From NCBI RefSeq assembly GCF_006345805.1, contig NC_043017.1, positions 28,582,001-28,646,000 of the forward strand: DNA of 64,000 nucleotides. The letters are read 5' to 3'. The notes beneath the pieces were generated by a model that was given only the letters and a program-made list of their open reading frames with translations, was not told where the DNA came from and did no database searches. Positions 39,842 to 52,075 of this stretch are shown piece after piece. A program made the translations under genes and the position numbers. How positions within the stretch are numbered: the stretch's first letter is position 1; each line of letters begins with the position of its first letter. The stretch is from Octopus sinensis. Lineage: Eukaryota.

Positions 39842-40271
39842 ACACTATTAGAGATAAGGCTCTTTTGCATGCAATCATCCTTTCATAGACCTTTTTTTTT
39901 AACGTGTAGCCTAGGAAGGGGTTGACGCAGGTTCATATTTTCAACTCTCTGATGCATAATTCTTCTATTTTACTTATCTCTTCGGTTGCCTCGTCTCCGT
40001 CCTCGGATACAGCTGTTCTGTTACGCTATGTTTTGCTGTTGCTGTTGTTTTGTGCTTCATGTGTGTTGTTGATTTGCTCCGCTGTTCTATCTATTTGCTG
40101 TTTGGATCGCTGTGTAGAAATTTTACTTTGGTTTAGCCTTTTATTTATTGTATGCAGTGTTATATATCTGTTGTATTCCCTTCTTTCCTTAGTGGTGTCT
40201 TATGCGTTTTCAGAAATATAATGTCTGATTACTAATTTTGCCTGATTGCCGTCCGTTCATTGTTTGAGTTA

Positions 40272-40727
40272 TGAGCTGGCAGAAACGTTAGCACGCCGGG
40301 CGAAATGCGTTGCCGTATTTCGTCTGTCGTTACGTTCCGAGTTCAAATTCCGCCGAGGTCGACTTTGCCTTTTATCCTTTCGGGGTCGATAAATAAAGTA
40401 CCAGTTACGCACTGGGGTCGATGTAATCGACTTAATCTGTTTGTCTGTCCTTGCTTGTCCCCACTGTGTTTGGTCCCTTGTGGGTAAAAAAAAAGGCGGC
40501 GAGCTGGCAGAATCGTTAGCACGCCGGGCGAAATGCGTTGCCGTATTTCGTCTGCCGTTACGTTCTGAGTTCAAATTCCGCCGAAGTCGACTTTGCCTGT
40601 CATCCTTTCAGGGTCGATTAAATAAGTACCACTTACGCACTGGGGTCGATGTAATCGACTTCATCCGTTTGTCTGTACTTGTTTGTCCCCTCTGTGTTTA
40701 GCCCCTTGTGGGAAATAAAGAAACATA
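40272..40727 (+). mobile_element. Two adjacent SINE-B copies, each with its head
   Basis: Copies at ~40272-40490 and ~40495-40727; tail A. Confidence 0.9.
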
Positions 40728-41559
40728 TGAGGTACTTTGTTTCATTTTCTGTCTGTACTTTATCTATTAGTTTGTTTATTTCGGTCAGGGTACTTTTCCC
40801 TCAAGCAGGGTATATCGTCAGACATTCGCAAGATTATTCTTCGCGACCTTTCCCCTTACATCAGTACTTCTCCATATTTGGCATGTTTCTTTTGATATCC
40901 ATTTGTTTCCCGGGTACAGTTTTGCAGTGTACTTCGATATAGTCCTTATCTGTCCACCATTCATTTTTAATTTGTTCTTCGCTACCGAGCAATGAGATTA
41001 GGAGTGGAGTCTGTCTTCTTAGAGTTGATTTTTTATATTTTATTATTTTTTTTTTTTGCTGAACACCGTCTCTAGACGTGTGCTGTTTTTGTTTTACTAT
41101 CTTGAACGCCTCAAACTCATAGATAAAAACTCACTCCTATTTCTTTTCGAAATTTTATTAGCGAGCATATCTGCTTTTTCTCTCTGTTTAAAATAAGACG
41201 TGTTGCGTCTTATATTTATTTTTATTATAATTTGTCTCTTTTAATTTGTTTAAACACTGTGTGTTCTATGTTGTCTTGTACGAGTGTGTGTGTGAATTAT
41301 ATAAACATTACATTTATGTGTATTTGTGTAGAAATGTCATTGCGACACGCATCTCCCCGTGTTGTTTATATTTTCTCACACTTGTTTATCTGTAACAACG
41401 TGCCTGGCAGCAACTGCGTTTCCTATATGAGAGAAATATTTCGTCGTCCTAAAATGATTTACATTAAGAAACAATTTTCTTTCATATTTTTGCATTTTCT
41501 TAAATCCTGTTTCCTGATGACCACAAATTTAATCGTACTTCTCAGGAAGCTTGCCCGTA

Positions 41560-42030
41560 CACGTGTTTGTGTGTCTGTGCTTGTCCCCAAAACATCGCTT
41601 GACAACCTATTTCTTTACTGCCCACAAGGGGCTAAACACAGAGGGGACGAACAAGGACAGACACACGGATTAAGTCGATTACATCGACCCCAGTGCGTAA
41701 CTGGTACTTATTTAATCGACCCCGAAAGGATGAAAGGCAAAGTCGACCTCAGCGGAATTTGAACTCAGAACGTAACGGCAGACGAAATACGGCTACGCAT
41801 TTCACCCGGCGTGCTAACGTTTCTGCCAGCTCGCCGCCTTAAACATCGCTTGACAACCGATGCTGGTGTGCTTATGTTCCCGTAACTTAGCGTTTCGGCA
41901 AAATAGAGACCGATAGAATAAGTACTAGGCTTACAAAGAATAAGTCCTGGTGTCCGATTTGCTCGACTAAAGGCGGTGCTCCAGCATGGCCACAGTCAAA
42001 TGACTGAAACAAGTAAGAGAGTAAAAAAGA
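41560..42030 (+). mobile_element. SINE-C 3' half hosting a nested SINE-B
   Basis: The SINE-C sequence resumes after the insert. Confidence 0.85.
41607..41840 (-). mobile_element. Full-length SINE-B (tail A) nested in SINE-C
   Basis: 17-bp TSD aaacatcgcttgacaac (41590-41606 / 41841-41857). Confidence 0.95.
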
Positions 42031-42301
42031 GTACAGAGAGTTGAAGCTGGAGTACAAATTGGTCAGGAATATTTAGGCATCGTGTAGCTTGTGCAGAGCC
42101 TCGTAGAAGGGATATATATTTAATAACTGGCCATATAACGGAAAAGGATTGTATCAAGAGGGCGTTGTTGGATGTGTTATGCAATTAACTAATGCTAATT
42201 ATTCGTTTCATTCATTACGTATACATATTAGTTTATAACGTTTGTTCCGTGGTTAAGTGAGACATTATTAGAAAAAAATATGGAGGATATTTCATTAGAC
42301 C

Positions 42302-42642
42302 TGAGTGGATTTGGTAGATGGAAACTGAAAAGAAGCCGTCGTATATATATAGTATATATATATATATAATATATATATATATATTATATATAGATATATA
42401 GATATATAATATATGGTGTGTGTGTGTTTTGTGTGTCTGTTTTGTCCCCTAGCATTGCTTGACAACCGATGCTGGTGTGTTTATGTCCCCTTTAATTAGT
42501 GGTTCGGCAAAAGAGACGGATAGAATAAGTACTAGGCTTACAGAAGAATAAGTCCTGGGGTTGAGTTGTTCGATTAAAGGCGGTGCTCCAGCATGGCCGC
42601 AGTCAAATGACTGAAACAAGTAAAAGAGTAAAGAGTAAAGAG
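42302..42642 (+). mobile_element. SINE-C, 5'-truncated
   Basis: gagtggatttggtagatggaaactg to the (aaagagt)n tail. Confidence 0.88.
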
Positions 42643-42925
42643 AGAGACGAATATTTAGATAATGGAAGAAAAGGACGCCTAATTAAAAAAACATATATGT
42701 ATGCTGGGAGAACAGTGTTTCTTTAACGTGATTCTTTGGCTGAGCTGGACATCTGAAACGTAAATTCAATGTATACACAACGAAATATAACATGAATCAA
42801 GTTTATTATATATCCCGTATTTTATGTAACAACCATTAAGTGATGAAAAATAATCTTAGCCTGACTGGCATTTGAAGTTAGAACGAGGGTTACTGGAACT
42901 AATCGAGCAAGAGATTTTATATAAT

Positions 42926-43637
42926 CCTTTCTACAATAGGGGACAGGGCCTGACATTTTGGGGGAAGGGGATAAGTGATTACATCGGCCCCAGTGCGCAA
43001 CTGGTATTTAATTTATCGACCTCGAAAGGATGAAAGGAAAAGTTTACCTCGGCAGAATTTGAACAAAGAATCTTTTCTACGCTAGGCACAGGGCTTGAAA
43101 TTTTTGGGGAGGGGTCAGTCGATTATATCGACCCCAGTACGCAACTGGTACTTAATTTACTGACCCTGAGAGGATGAAAGGTAAAGTCGACGTCGGCGGA
43201 ATTTGAACTCAGAACCTAGCGACGGCGAAATACCTATTTCTTTACTACCCACAGAGGGGACAAACAAGGACAGATAAACGGATTAAGTCGATTACATCGA
43301 CCCCAGTGCATAACTTGTACTTAATTTATTGACCCCGAAAGGATGAAAGGCAAAGTCGACGCCGGCGGAATTTGAACTCAGAACGTAGCGGCAGACAAAA
43401 TACCTATTTAATTTACTACCCAAAAGGAGCTAAACACAGAGGGGACAAACTAGAACAGACAAACCGATTAAGTCGATTACATAGATCTCAGTGCGTAACT
43501 GGTACTTATTTAATCGACCCCGAAAGGATGAAAGGCAAAGTCGACCTCGGCGGGATTTGAACTCAGAACGTAACGGCAGACGAAATACCGCTAAGCATTT
43601 CGTCCGGCATGCTAACGTTTCTGCCAGCTCACCACCT
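42926..43637 (-). mobile_element. Four-unit SINE-B array with mixed tails
   Basis: Full head plus tail A, truncated tail A, then two tail-B units; aaatac|ctattt junctions at 43233 and 43403. Confidence 0.88.
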
Positions 43638-44049
43638 AATGACGTTTTATATAATGCACTATCAACTCTGCTTTTTTACAGCTTTAAGAAAAAATAATAA
43701 AAAGCATACATGGGAAGAGTAGAGTTACCTAGAAAAGGCGACCCAAGGATTATCACTTACGTAGAGAGCAGTTCTATGAAAAAAAGAAAAAAAAAAGATT
43801 ACTTAAGGATTTGTGAATTAAATGACTTATTATAGGTTCTTGTGTTAATTGAAAATTTGTAACAAGGAAAAATACTAGGCTATTCAGGCAAAAACAATGA
43901 TAATGATTTTTTAAAAATATTCTCGCAATGTTCATTAATGGAATTAGAAAGAGATGGTGTGAACGTTCACAATATTTAATTAATGTAAAATTCACGCGCG
44001 TTCACACACGTTGACACACATTCACACGCACATACGCAAACATGCGCGT

Positions 44050-44072
44050 GCATGCACGCATCTTTGAATATG

Positions 44073-44141
<69 letters not shown>

Positions 44142-44593
44142 GTGATATATATATTATATATTATATATATACATATATACATGTATATATATATCTATGT
44201 GCGTGTGTGTATACAGTAATGTTTGTATATATATATATAGATATATATATATATATGTATATATATAATATATATATATATGTATACATATATAGTATAT
44301 TTGAATGTATGTGCGTGTACGTATGCCTTGTTGTGTATTTCTGTGCATATAATTTGAGAAGATAGGATTTTTGTAATTTTAATTAACACAAACAGTTTTT
44401 CAAATAGAATAGATAAGATTCCAAGCGAAGGATTGACATTTTCATCAGGGAAGTGTCACAGTACTTTCAAATTAATTTTAAATTAAATTAATCACTAATA
44501 AACTACATGCATATATACACATATTCGTTCATATACTACATGAAGTACATATATAGCATCTGTTACTTCCATTCATAACATATTTATATATAT

Positions 44594-44629
<36 letters not shown>

Positions 44630-44704
44630 CGCGTAAATATACGTAAAATTATACACGCATACGTATATAAATACACATATATAAGCATTCCCATATATAC
44701 GTAT

Positions 44705-44750
<46 letters not shown>

Positions 44751-44961
44751 ATATATGTATATATATATATGCATATATATATAATATATATATACACATA
44801 AATATATATGTGTAAATATACACATATAGGGACAGCCAGCCACACACACACACTCAGGCACGTACACATATGTATATATCTATATCTATACTATATCTAT
44901 AATATATATATATATATGTATATATTATAGATAGATATGTATATATATGTGTATATATATA

Positions 44962-45010
<49 letters not shown>
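44050..45010. repeat. (TA)-rich compound microsatellite region
   Basis: Several TA/CA tracts. Confidence 0.85.
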
Positions 45011-45014
<4 letters not shown>

Positions 45015-45425
45015 GCCCATAGTTCATAGTTATAATCCCTTAACGGAAATAATATTTAACATATACATACATGCATACATCGATGCTTTTTGATGTTTTT
45101 GTAACGGTTTTAATTATTTTGTTGATGGACATTTAATTTATCAATTAGTTAATTAAATAATTAACACAGTGTATGTCTCATGCTTCTGTTATTGAAGGGA
45201 AGGTTAATATCTCAGAATGTCATGCCGCGACATAATTAACGTGAGTATGAATTACCTTCAACTGAAATAACTCCATTTATTCCAAGAGTGTATTAGATTG
45301 ATGCAGTTCAATATTTCAGGGTGAAAACAGTTCAGTTTGTTTACACCGACGTTGACATTGAGAAATAGCTCATGATTTAACCCCGTTGTTCAAAACTGCT
45401 ATTGTAAAGGAAAACAAATTTGTGA

Positions 45426-45808
45426 TGGAAGCACTCCGTCGGTTACGACGACGAGGGTTCCAGTGGATCCGAATCAACGGAACAGCCTGCTCGTGAAATT
45501 AACGTGTATGTGGCTGAGCACTCCACAGACACGTGTATCCTTAACGTAGTTCTCGGGGATATTCAGCGTGACACAGAGAGTGACAAGGCCGGCCCTTTGA
45601 AATACAGGTACAAGAGAAACAGGAAGTAAGAGTGAGAGAAAGTTGTGGTGAAAGAGTACAGCAGGGATCACCACCATCCCCTGCCGGAGCCTCGTGGAGC
45701 TTTAGGTGTTTTCGTTCAATAAACACTCACAACACCCGGTCTGGGAATCGAAACCGCGATCCTATGACCGCGAGTCCGCTGCTCTAACCACTGGGCCATT
45801 GCGCCTCC
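45426..45808 (-). mobile_element. SINE-A, full length, tail type 1
   Basis: 10-bp TSD caaatttgtg (45415-45424 / 45814-45823). Confidence 0.93.
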
Positions 45809-46332
45809 ACAATCAAATTTGTGCTCTTAATAACATTCTGTATGTTCTCCTTGTTAAAAATTTCACCTGACAACTATGATTTCTGGAATCGATCACACTG
45901 CGTCGTACATTGCGCCGGTTTCTTTTTTACCGCCTTCGTGCAAACCATGTGAGTAATTACATTTTAGCAACAAATTTATTTTTTGTTTGTATTTTGTTAA
46001 AACGTAAAACGCTTTATATTTCCGTAATATTCTCGGGGACATATTGAGTCACGTGGCATTTACATGCAGAACTATTTATATTTCTTGTCTCACCGTTACA
46101 CATTATGTTTTATGCATATTGATTATATTCCAATAAATTTCGTTCAGTTTTGGAATGGAAAAATAAATAAATACAGTGTGCCAGAAATAGAGCGAAATAT
46201 TTAAATATTTGATAAAACACTTAGGAATAATATATTATAGATAAACCAATTTCTAACACAAGGATAAAATATTGCTTGCAGGTAGTCAAGAAATATGCCA
46301 AAATATTCTCCAGCCTTTAAAGCACCTGCAAC

Positions 46333-46362
<30 letters not shown>

Positions 46363-46363
<1 letters not shown>

Positions 46364-47744
46364 AGGGTGTTCCAAAAGAAACAGTGCAGTAGGAATATGC
46401 TAATAACCCAAAGAAACAAAACTCACAGAAAAATACTATTTATTGCAAATATTCACAAATTCAATACCTTATCAACTAAAGTACGATTGAGGATTGACTC
46501 GTGCAGTAAGATATGATCTACACTAACTGTTGAAAGTGTGCGCCATTCACCTGCAGACATAAACGAGCGCGACGCTGCGTGTTTTGAAAAACACACTCAA
46601 GTTCATCAGGTTTGATGTTTTGAATAACACTTGTTATTTTCTGCTTCAGTTCATCCGTAGTTCGAGGATTGTCTGCATACACTGAGTCTTTCAATTTGCC
46701 CCACAAATAAAAGTCAGGAGGTGTTAAATCCGGTGATCGAGGTGGCCACAAACCACGAGAGATCACACGATCCCCAAGACATCACCAACTGCAGCCATAC
46801 TGACACGAGCCGTATGTGCAGTTGCACCATCTTGCTGGAACCAGCCTTGTTGCTTTTCTTGCTCCGTCAGTTGATCAAAAAATGGCTCCAGGATTTTATG
46901 AATGTAACACTCAGATGTGATGGTGTTTTCAAAAAGATAGGTCCAATTATACGCCGCCTTGACAAAGCACACCAAACACCAACTTTTTGATCGTGGAGTG
47001 GTTTCTGAAACAGAGCATGAGGATTATTGTAGACCACACTCTAGAGTTCTGACTGTTCATGTACCCGGACAAATGGAACCATGCTTCATCACTGAAGAAT
47101 GTATGGTTTAAAATGTTTCACCTTTTCTCTAGAATAAATTTTCAAACACCGACAGAAGAGTACGCGTTTTTTGAATCCTGAGGCTTCAGTTCATGAACAA
47201 CATGCACTTATATGGAAAGAATTTAAGTTGATGCACTGCTCGGTGAGTTGAGTTAGAGAATCCTAGTTTCTTGAGACAAACGCCTCAAAGACTTTCGTGG
47301 GCTCCTCTGCAGTTTGTTGGTAACATTCTGTAAGACTGTATCTGTAACGACTTTTGGGCGGCCACTTTGGGTTGTCTTGAACACTTCCAGTTTTTTGACT
47401 TATGCAACAAGCGGAAACACAATTTCGATGCGGCAACGTTCTGCACCAAATTTTTCTAGAAATGACTCTTGCACTTCTTTTGTGTATTTGCCACCATCTC
47501 GGAAAACATTTTTCAACAATAAATATCCTTTCTTGTAAGGTAGCACCATTTTCAAAGGGTCCCTGAAACAAAAGAATATTAATATAAATATCTAAAATTT
47601 AGATATCTAAATTATCTAAAATAATATTTAAAATCTTTTGGGAAACATTTTCAACTATAAATATCCTTTCTTGTGTTCAGTGCACTGTTTCTTATGTATA
47701 CCTATAAAAATGTTCAGTGCACTGTTTCTTTTGGAACACCCATA
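46363..47744 (-). mobile_element. Tc1/mariner-superfamily DNA transposon (~1.38 kb), both TIRs present
   Basis: TIR gggtgttccaaaagaaacagtgca at both ends; TA-rich flanks. Confidence 0.93.
46518..47549 (-). pseudogene. DDD transposase pseudogene (rosa/DD41D- or maT-like)
   Basis: SGRP-like HTH region, RSPRKSLRRLSQE, WFQQDGATAH, WPPRSPDLTPPDFYLWGKLKDSVY, GAHFQQLV*; several frameshifts. Confidence 0.9.
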
Positions 47745-49054
47745 TATATATATATATAATATATATATATAATATATATATATATAGATATAGATATAGA
47801 TAATATCATATATATACACACACATGTATATATATATATGTATATATATATATATACATATATATATACATATGTAAATATGTATATGTATAATATATGT
47901 ATATATATATATATATATATTATCTATATATATGTAAATATATATTATATACATATATATTATATATATATATATATATATAGATATATATAAACAATTT
48001 TATGCAAAAGAGGTATGTATACAGTTTCCAGGGCTAGTTTATAACTATATACTTTTTAGGTCCTGTGCGATTTAATAAAGTGGAAAAATATTTTCATGTC
48101 AGATGTACTTTAATCTGGAAAGGACTTAGGAATCCAAAAATATAATTGATAAGTATTAAATATGTTCTATTCAAGCAAAATTAGATTATTTGATATATTA
48201 TCTATAATATATAATATAACATAACGTAATATAACATAATATAACATATCACATACCATGAGGATATATATAATATCGTGTTCTGTAAATAAACTAATAG
48301 AATACATTTCCTTTTGCTCCCTCTTTGCGAAGTCGCTGAAATAATTACATAGTTTATAGAATTCTAGATGTTTCTAGTGATCGCATGCATTGCACACACG
48401 TACATACACCCCCTCCGCCGGGTGGGTACGCACGTACACGGGAGTATACATACACGTTTGCATACACGGGACTATTTCTATGCGATTTGTATGTTAATAA
48501 GACCATGTATATAAATAATGCTACTGGCAAGCGCTATTACGATTGAAGCATAAAATATGCTTTTATACTTATAACAAAACAATGGTTTGTACACATTCTA
48601 TCCGAGTTAATGTCTGTTCATGTATTTGTATTGTACAGATGCTGAATAAGTGATTATTACGCTATAGAAATATGCATTTGGTTTAAGGAGGCTTTACACT
48701 TAAGATAGAGAACGGGCAAAATGCATACTAAAAAGAAATCTGTATTCAACGAAGAAAATAATGAAAGTAAGATATTCAGGGAAAAATCTTACGTAGCTTC
48801 CTATTTTTATTGATTGTTTTATAGTTTTAGGTTTAATGAAGTAGAAAGCAAGCTTAGATGTAGTTTTGGAATTGATAACCAAATTCTAATGGAAGCTAAC
48901 TACTCCAATTGATGTTCCCATCACCAAGTAAAAGAATGTATATTATTTATGCATTATTCTTTTATAATGCTTGTGTCATATTGACATTAAGTGCGTACCC
49001 TCGTTCTCGCTCATTCTCTGAGTCAATAGGAAAATTAACTTGAAGCATAATAGT

Positions 49055-49055
49055 G

Positions 49056-49112
<57 letters not shown>

Positions 49113-49132
49113 TGATGATGATAATAATGATG

Positions 49133-49163
<31 letters not shown>

Positions 49164-49530
49164 TCATAATAATAAAAAAAAATAATAATAATAATAATGA
49201 TAATAATAATAAACTAAAAATGAAAATAAAATAATAATATATAATAATATAATAATAATAATGATATAAAAATAAAAATAAAATAATAATGATAATAAAC
49301 ATAATAATGATAATAATAATAATAATAAAATAATAATAATATAAAACTATATAATAATAATAATGACAATAATAATGATAATAATAATAATGATGATGAT
49401 GATGATGATAATAATAATAATAATAATGATAATAATAATAATAATAATGATAATAATAATAATAATAATGACAATAATAATGATAATAATAATAATAATG
49501 ACAATAATAATAATGATAATAATAATGATG

Positions 49531-49579
<49 letters not shown>

Positions 49580-49610
49580 TAATAATAATAATGATAATAA
49601 TGATGATAAC
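49055..49610. repeat. (AAT)/(GAT) microsatellite
   Basis: Trinucleotide tract. Confidence 0.95.
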
Positions 49611-50061
49611 AAAATCATATTTAACACGAATCAACATCAATAAATCGGGGGTAAATATTATTCAGAGATCGGAAATAGGGAAAAGAAGCCAGTGATACGC
49701 CTACATACGCACATATATGCATCCATTCGAACATGCATGCGTACATACATACGTGTATAGAAACACACACACGCACACACACGCGCACACAAACACACAC
49801 GCACACACAAACGCACATATATATCCACATACAGGCAATATATATATAAACACATTCATACATGCGTGCCTACAATCACACTACACGAATATATATATAT
49901 ATATATATATATCAGAAATACTAAATTTCTAAATCTCTCGTAGAGACATGTACGGTGGTGGGGTGATAGAATAGTTGTATACTGTCAATCTAACACGAAC
50001 GTGACAGTAGGGGGTGCACCAGAGATTAAGACGGAGGACAGATAGGGAAGAAAGATGAATA

Positions 50062-50361
50062 TCTTTATATATAAAACTAAAGTTGTGTGTCTGTCTCCTG
50101 CGATTTAGATTCCTAACTACTCCCACATTTTGCGGTGCAGTTTAACCAAATTCGGGTATCTTATAGTCGTGATTCATATCGAGCCCTTCTGGGTATTAGC
50201 GCGCGTCTACGATGAGTCTACGATTTAAAAAAATATTAGCCATAATTTTTTCCCATTTTTAATGCATTTTTATTGCTATTATATAAGGGAAGTAACTCTC
50301 TAAAAATGCTTATATAGTTATTTCCCTTATAAACCCGAGCAACGCCGGGCGATACTGCTAG
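50062..50361 (+). mobile_element. 300-bp non-autonomous Helitron, complete
   Basis: A|TCTTTATATATAAAACTAAAGTTGTGTGTCTG ... cccgagcaacgccggg hairpin ... CTAG|T. Confidence 0.85.
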
Positions 50362-50649
50362 TGAAATTATAAAAGACAAACGAATTTTCTATTATTCTAA
50401 CGTATACTTTATAGTTACATACGCAAGGAAAGAAGGAACTAAACAGTATAAAACGTAAGTTTCTCCTTACAAAGTTCACAAATTTATTTTAGAAATTGTT
50501 TTCGATATTCGGTTCAAAAAAAAAAAAGTGAGAGAAACTGCAAATTATATTTTTCCTGGTTTGGAAATATTTGAGGTGTATCAATATATTTGAGGCGATG
50601 AGCATAATGTTGGTAAAAGGGAATGATAATGCATATATATCGTTATACT

Positions 50650-50695
50650 AGTAAGTGTATCAGTATCAGAAGTGCTAGTAGTAGTAGTAGTTGTG

Positions 50696-50729
<34 letters not shown>

Positions 50730-50932
50730 AAGCAGCAGCAGCTGTAGTAGTACTAGTAGTAGTAGTAGTAGTAGTCGTAGTAGTAGTTGTAGTGGTAGTA
50801 GTGGTTGTAGTGGTAGCAGTAGTAGAAGTAGTAACAGTAGTATCAGAAGTGCTAGTGGTAGTAGTAGTAGTAGTAGTAACAGTAGTAGTAACAGAAGTGC
50901 TAGTAGTACTAGTGGTAATAGTCGTGGTAGTA

Positions 50933-50975
<43 letters not shown>

Positions 50976-51150
50976 AAGCAGCAACAGCTGTAGTAGTAGT
51001 AGTAGTAGTACAGCAGCAGCAGTAGTAGTAGTAGTAGTAGTAGTAGTAATGGTAGCAGTAGTAGTAGTAGTAGTAGTAGTAATGGTAGCAGTAGTAGTAG
51101 TAGTGGTAGTGGTAGCAGCAGCAGCGGTAGTAGTAGTAGTAGTAACAATA
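50650..51150. repeat. (AGT)n-based microsatellite
   Basis: AGT/AGC/GGT units; source of the poly-S/V/L ORFs. Confidence 0.95.
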
Positions 51151-51224
51151 ATAATCCGTTCTACTATTAGTGCAAGGGGCCTGAAATTTTGTGGGGTTTG
51201 ATTACATCGACATTTCTGGGTTTG

Positions 51225-51400
51225 ATGCTCGTAGCAGTTCTTCCAGATCTATCGTCGTCTTCCAGGGATGTTCTTCGGTTTTGAAGTGCCCGTACCACAC
51301 GAAACATTGCGTACGATTCATTGCCTCGCCACCGAAGCATGCTCATAGACTCCACAGTAGATTCTACAGTGGATTCCCAGTCCATCACAAAATCGCAGAC
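51225..51400 (-). pseudogene. Mariner transposase N-terminal remnant
   Basis: RTSLEDDDRSGRTATS resembles the mariner SLEDxxRSGRP motif. Confidence 0.6.
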
Positions 51401-51499
51401 CACAGCGTACACGTGATCACAAAAACACAAATTTTGCAACTTGCGAAATGAGCACAGTGGTGTCACTCGGAAAGCTGCCTCATTAAGATAGAGAGATAT

Positions 51500-51569
51500 C
51501 TAGCTAGCTAGACAGACAGACAGACGGACAGATATATAGATAACTAGACAGAGAGACAGACAGAGAGAC

Positions 51570-51651
<82 letters not shown>

Positions 51652-51652
51652 G

Positions 51653-51713
<61 letters not shown>

Positions 51714-51718
51714 GGATG

Positions 51719-51771
<53 letters not shown>

Positions 51772-51790
51772 GTAGATAGATAGATAGATC
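51500..51790. repeat. (GATA)n microsatellite
   Basis: Tetranucleotide tract. Confidence 0.95.
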
Positions 51791-51982
51791 GCTAGCCACT
51801 ACACCCATTTTTTTCTCTCCTTTTTCTCCTTGTTTTTTTCTATGTACCTTTCTGTAGAAGAGCGTAGGCTCGAAACGTAGAAGACTTTTTTCTATTCCTG
51901 AGCGCTATACTAATACATCTGTTTGTTTTGTACACCACCTGTCTTCGTATTTTGTTTTTTTTTTTCGTAACCTTTCCCTATA
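51790..51982 (+). mobile_element. Solo Penelope-type terminal repeat (pLTR-like)
   Basis: ~190-bp island between GATA tracts carrying a hammerhead-like core; partial similarity to 8285-8390. Confidence 0.55.
51848..51883 (+). ncRNA. Minimal type I hammerhead-ribozyme-like motif
   Basis: cttt-CTGTAGAA-gagc(gtag)gctc-GAAACGTA-gaag: stem I 4 bp, stem II 4 bp, palindromic ACGT stem III; the core deviates at A6. Confidence 0.5.
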
Positions 51983-52075
51983 GATGACTAGATAGATAAA
52001 TAGAAAATAGATAGATAACTAGATAGATAGATAGATAGATAACTAGATAGATAGATAGATAGATAGATAGATATG

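Noticed and set aside
1526-45808. Recurrent ORFs MVVIPAVLFHHNF..., MFIERKH..., MRNWYLIYRPRKDERQSR..., MLGGQTQTH...
   Set aside because: They recur because they are frames through SINE copies, not a gene family.
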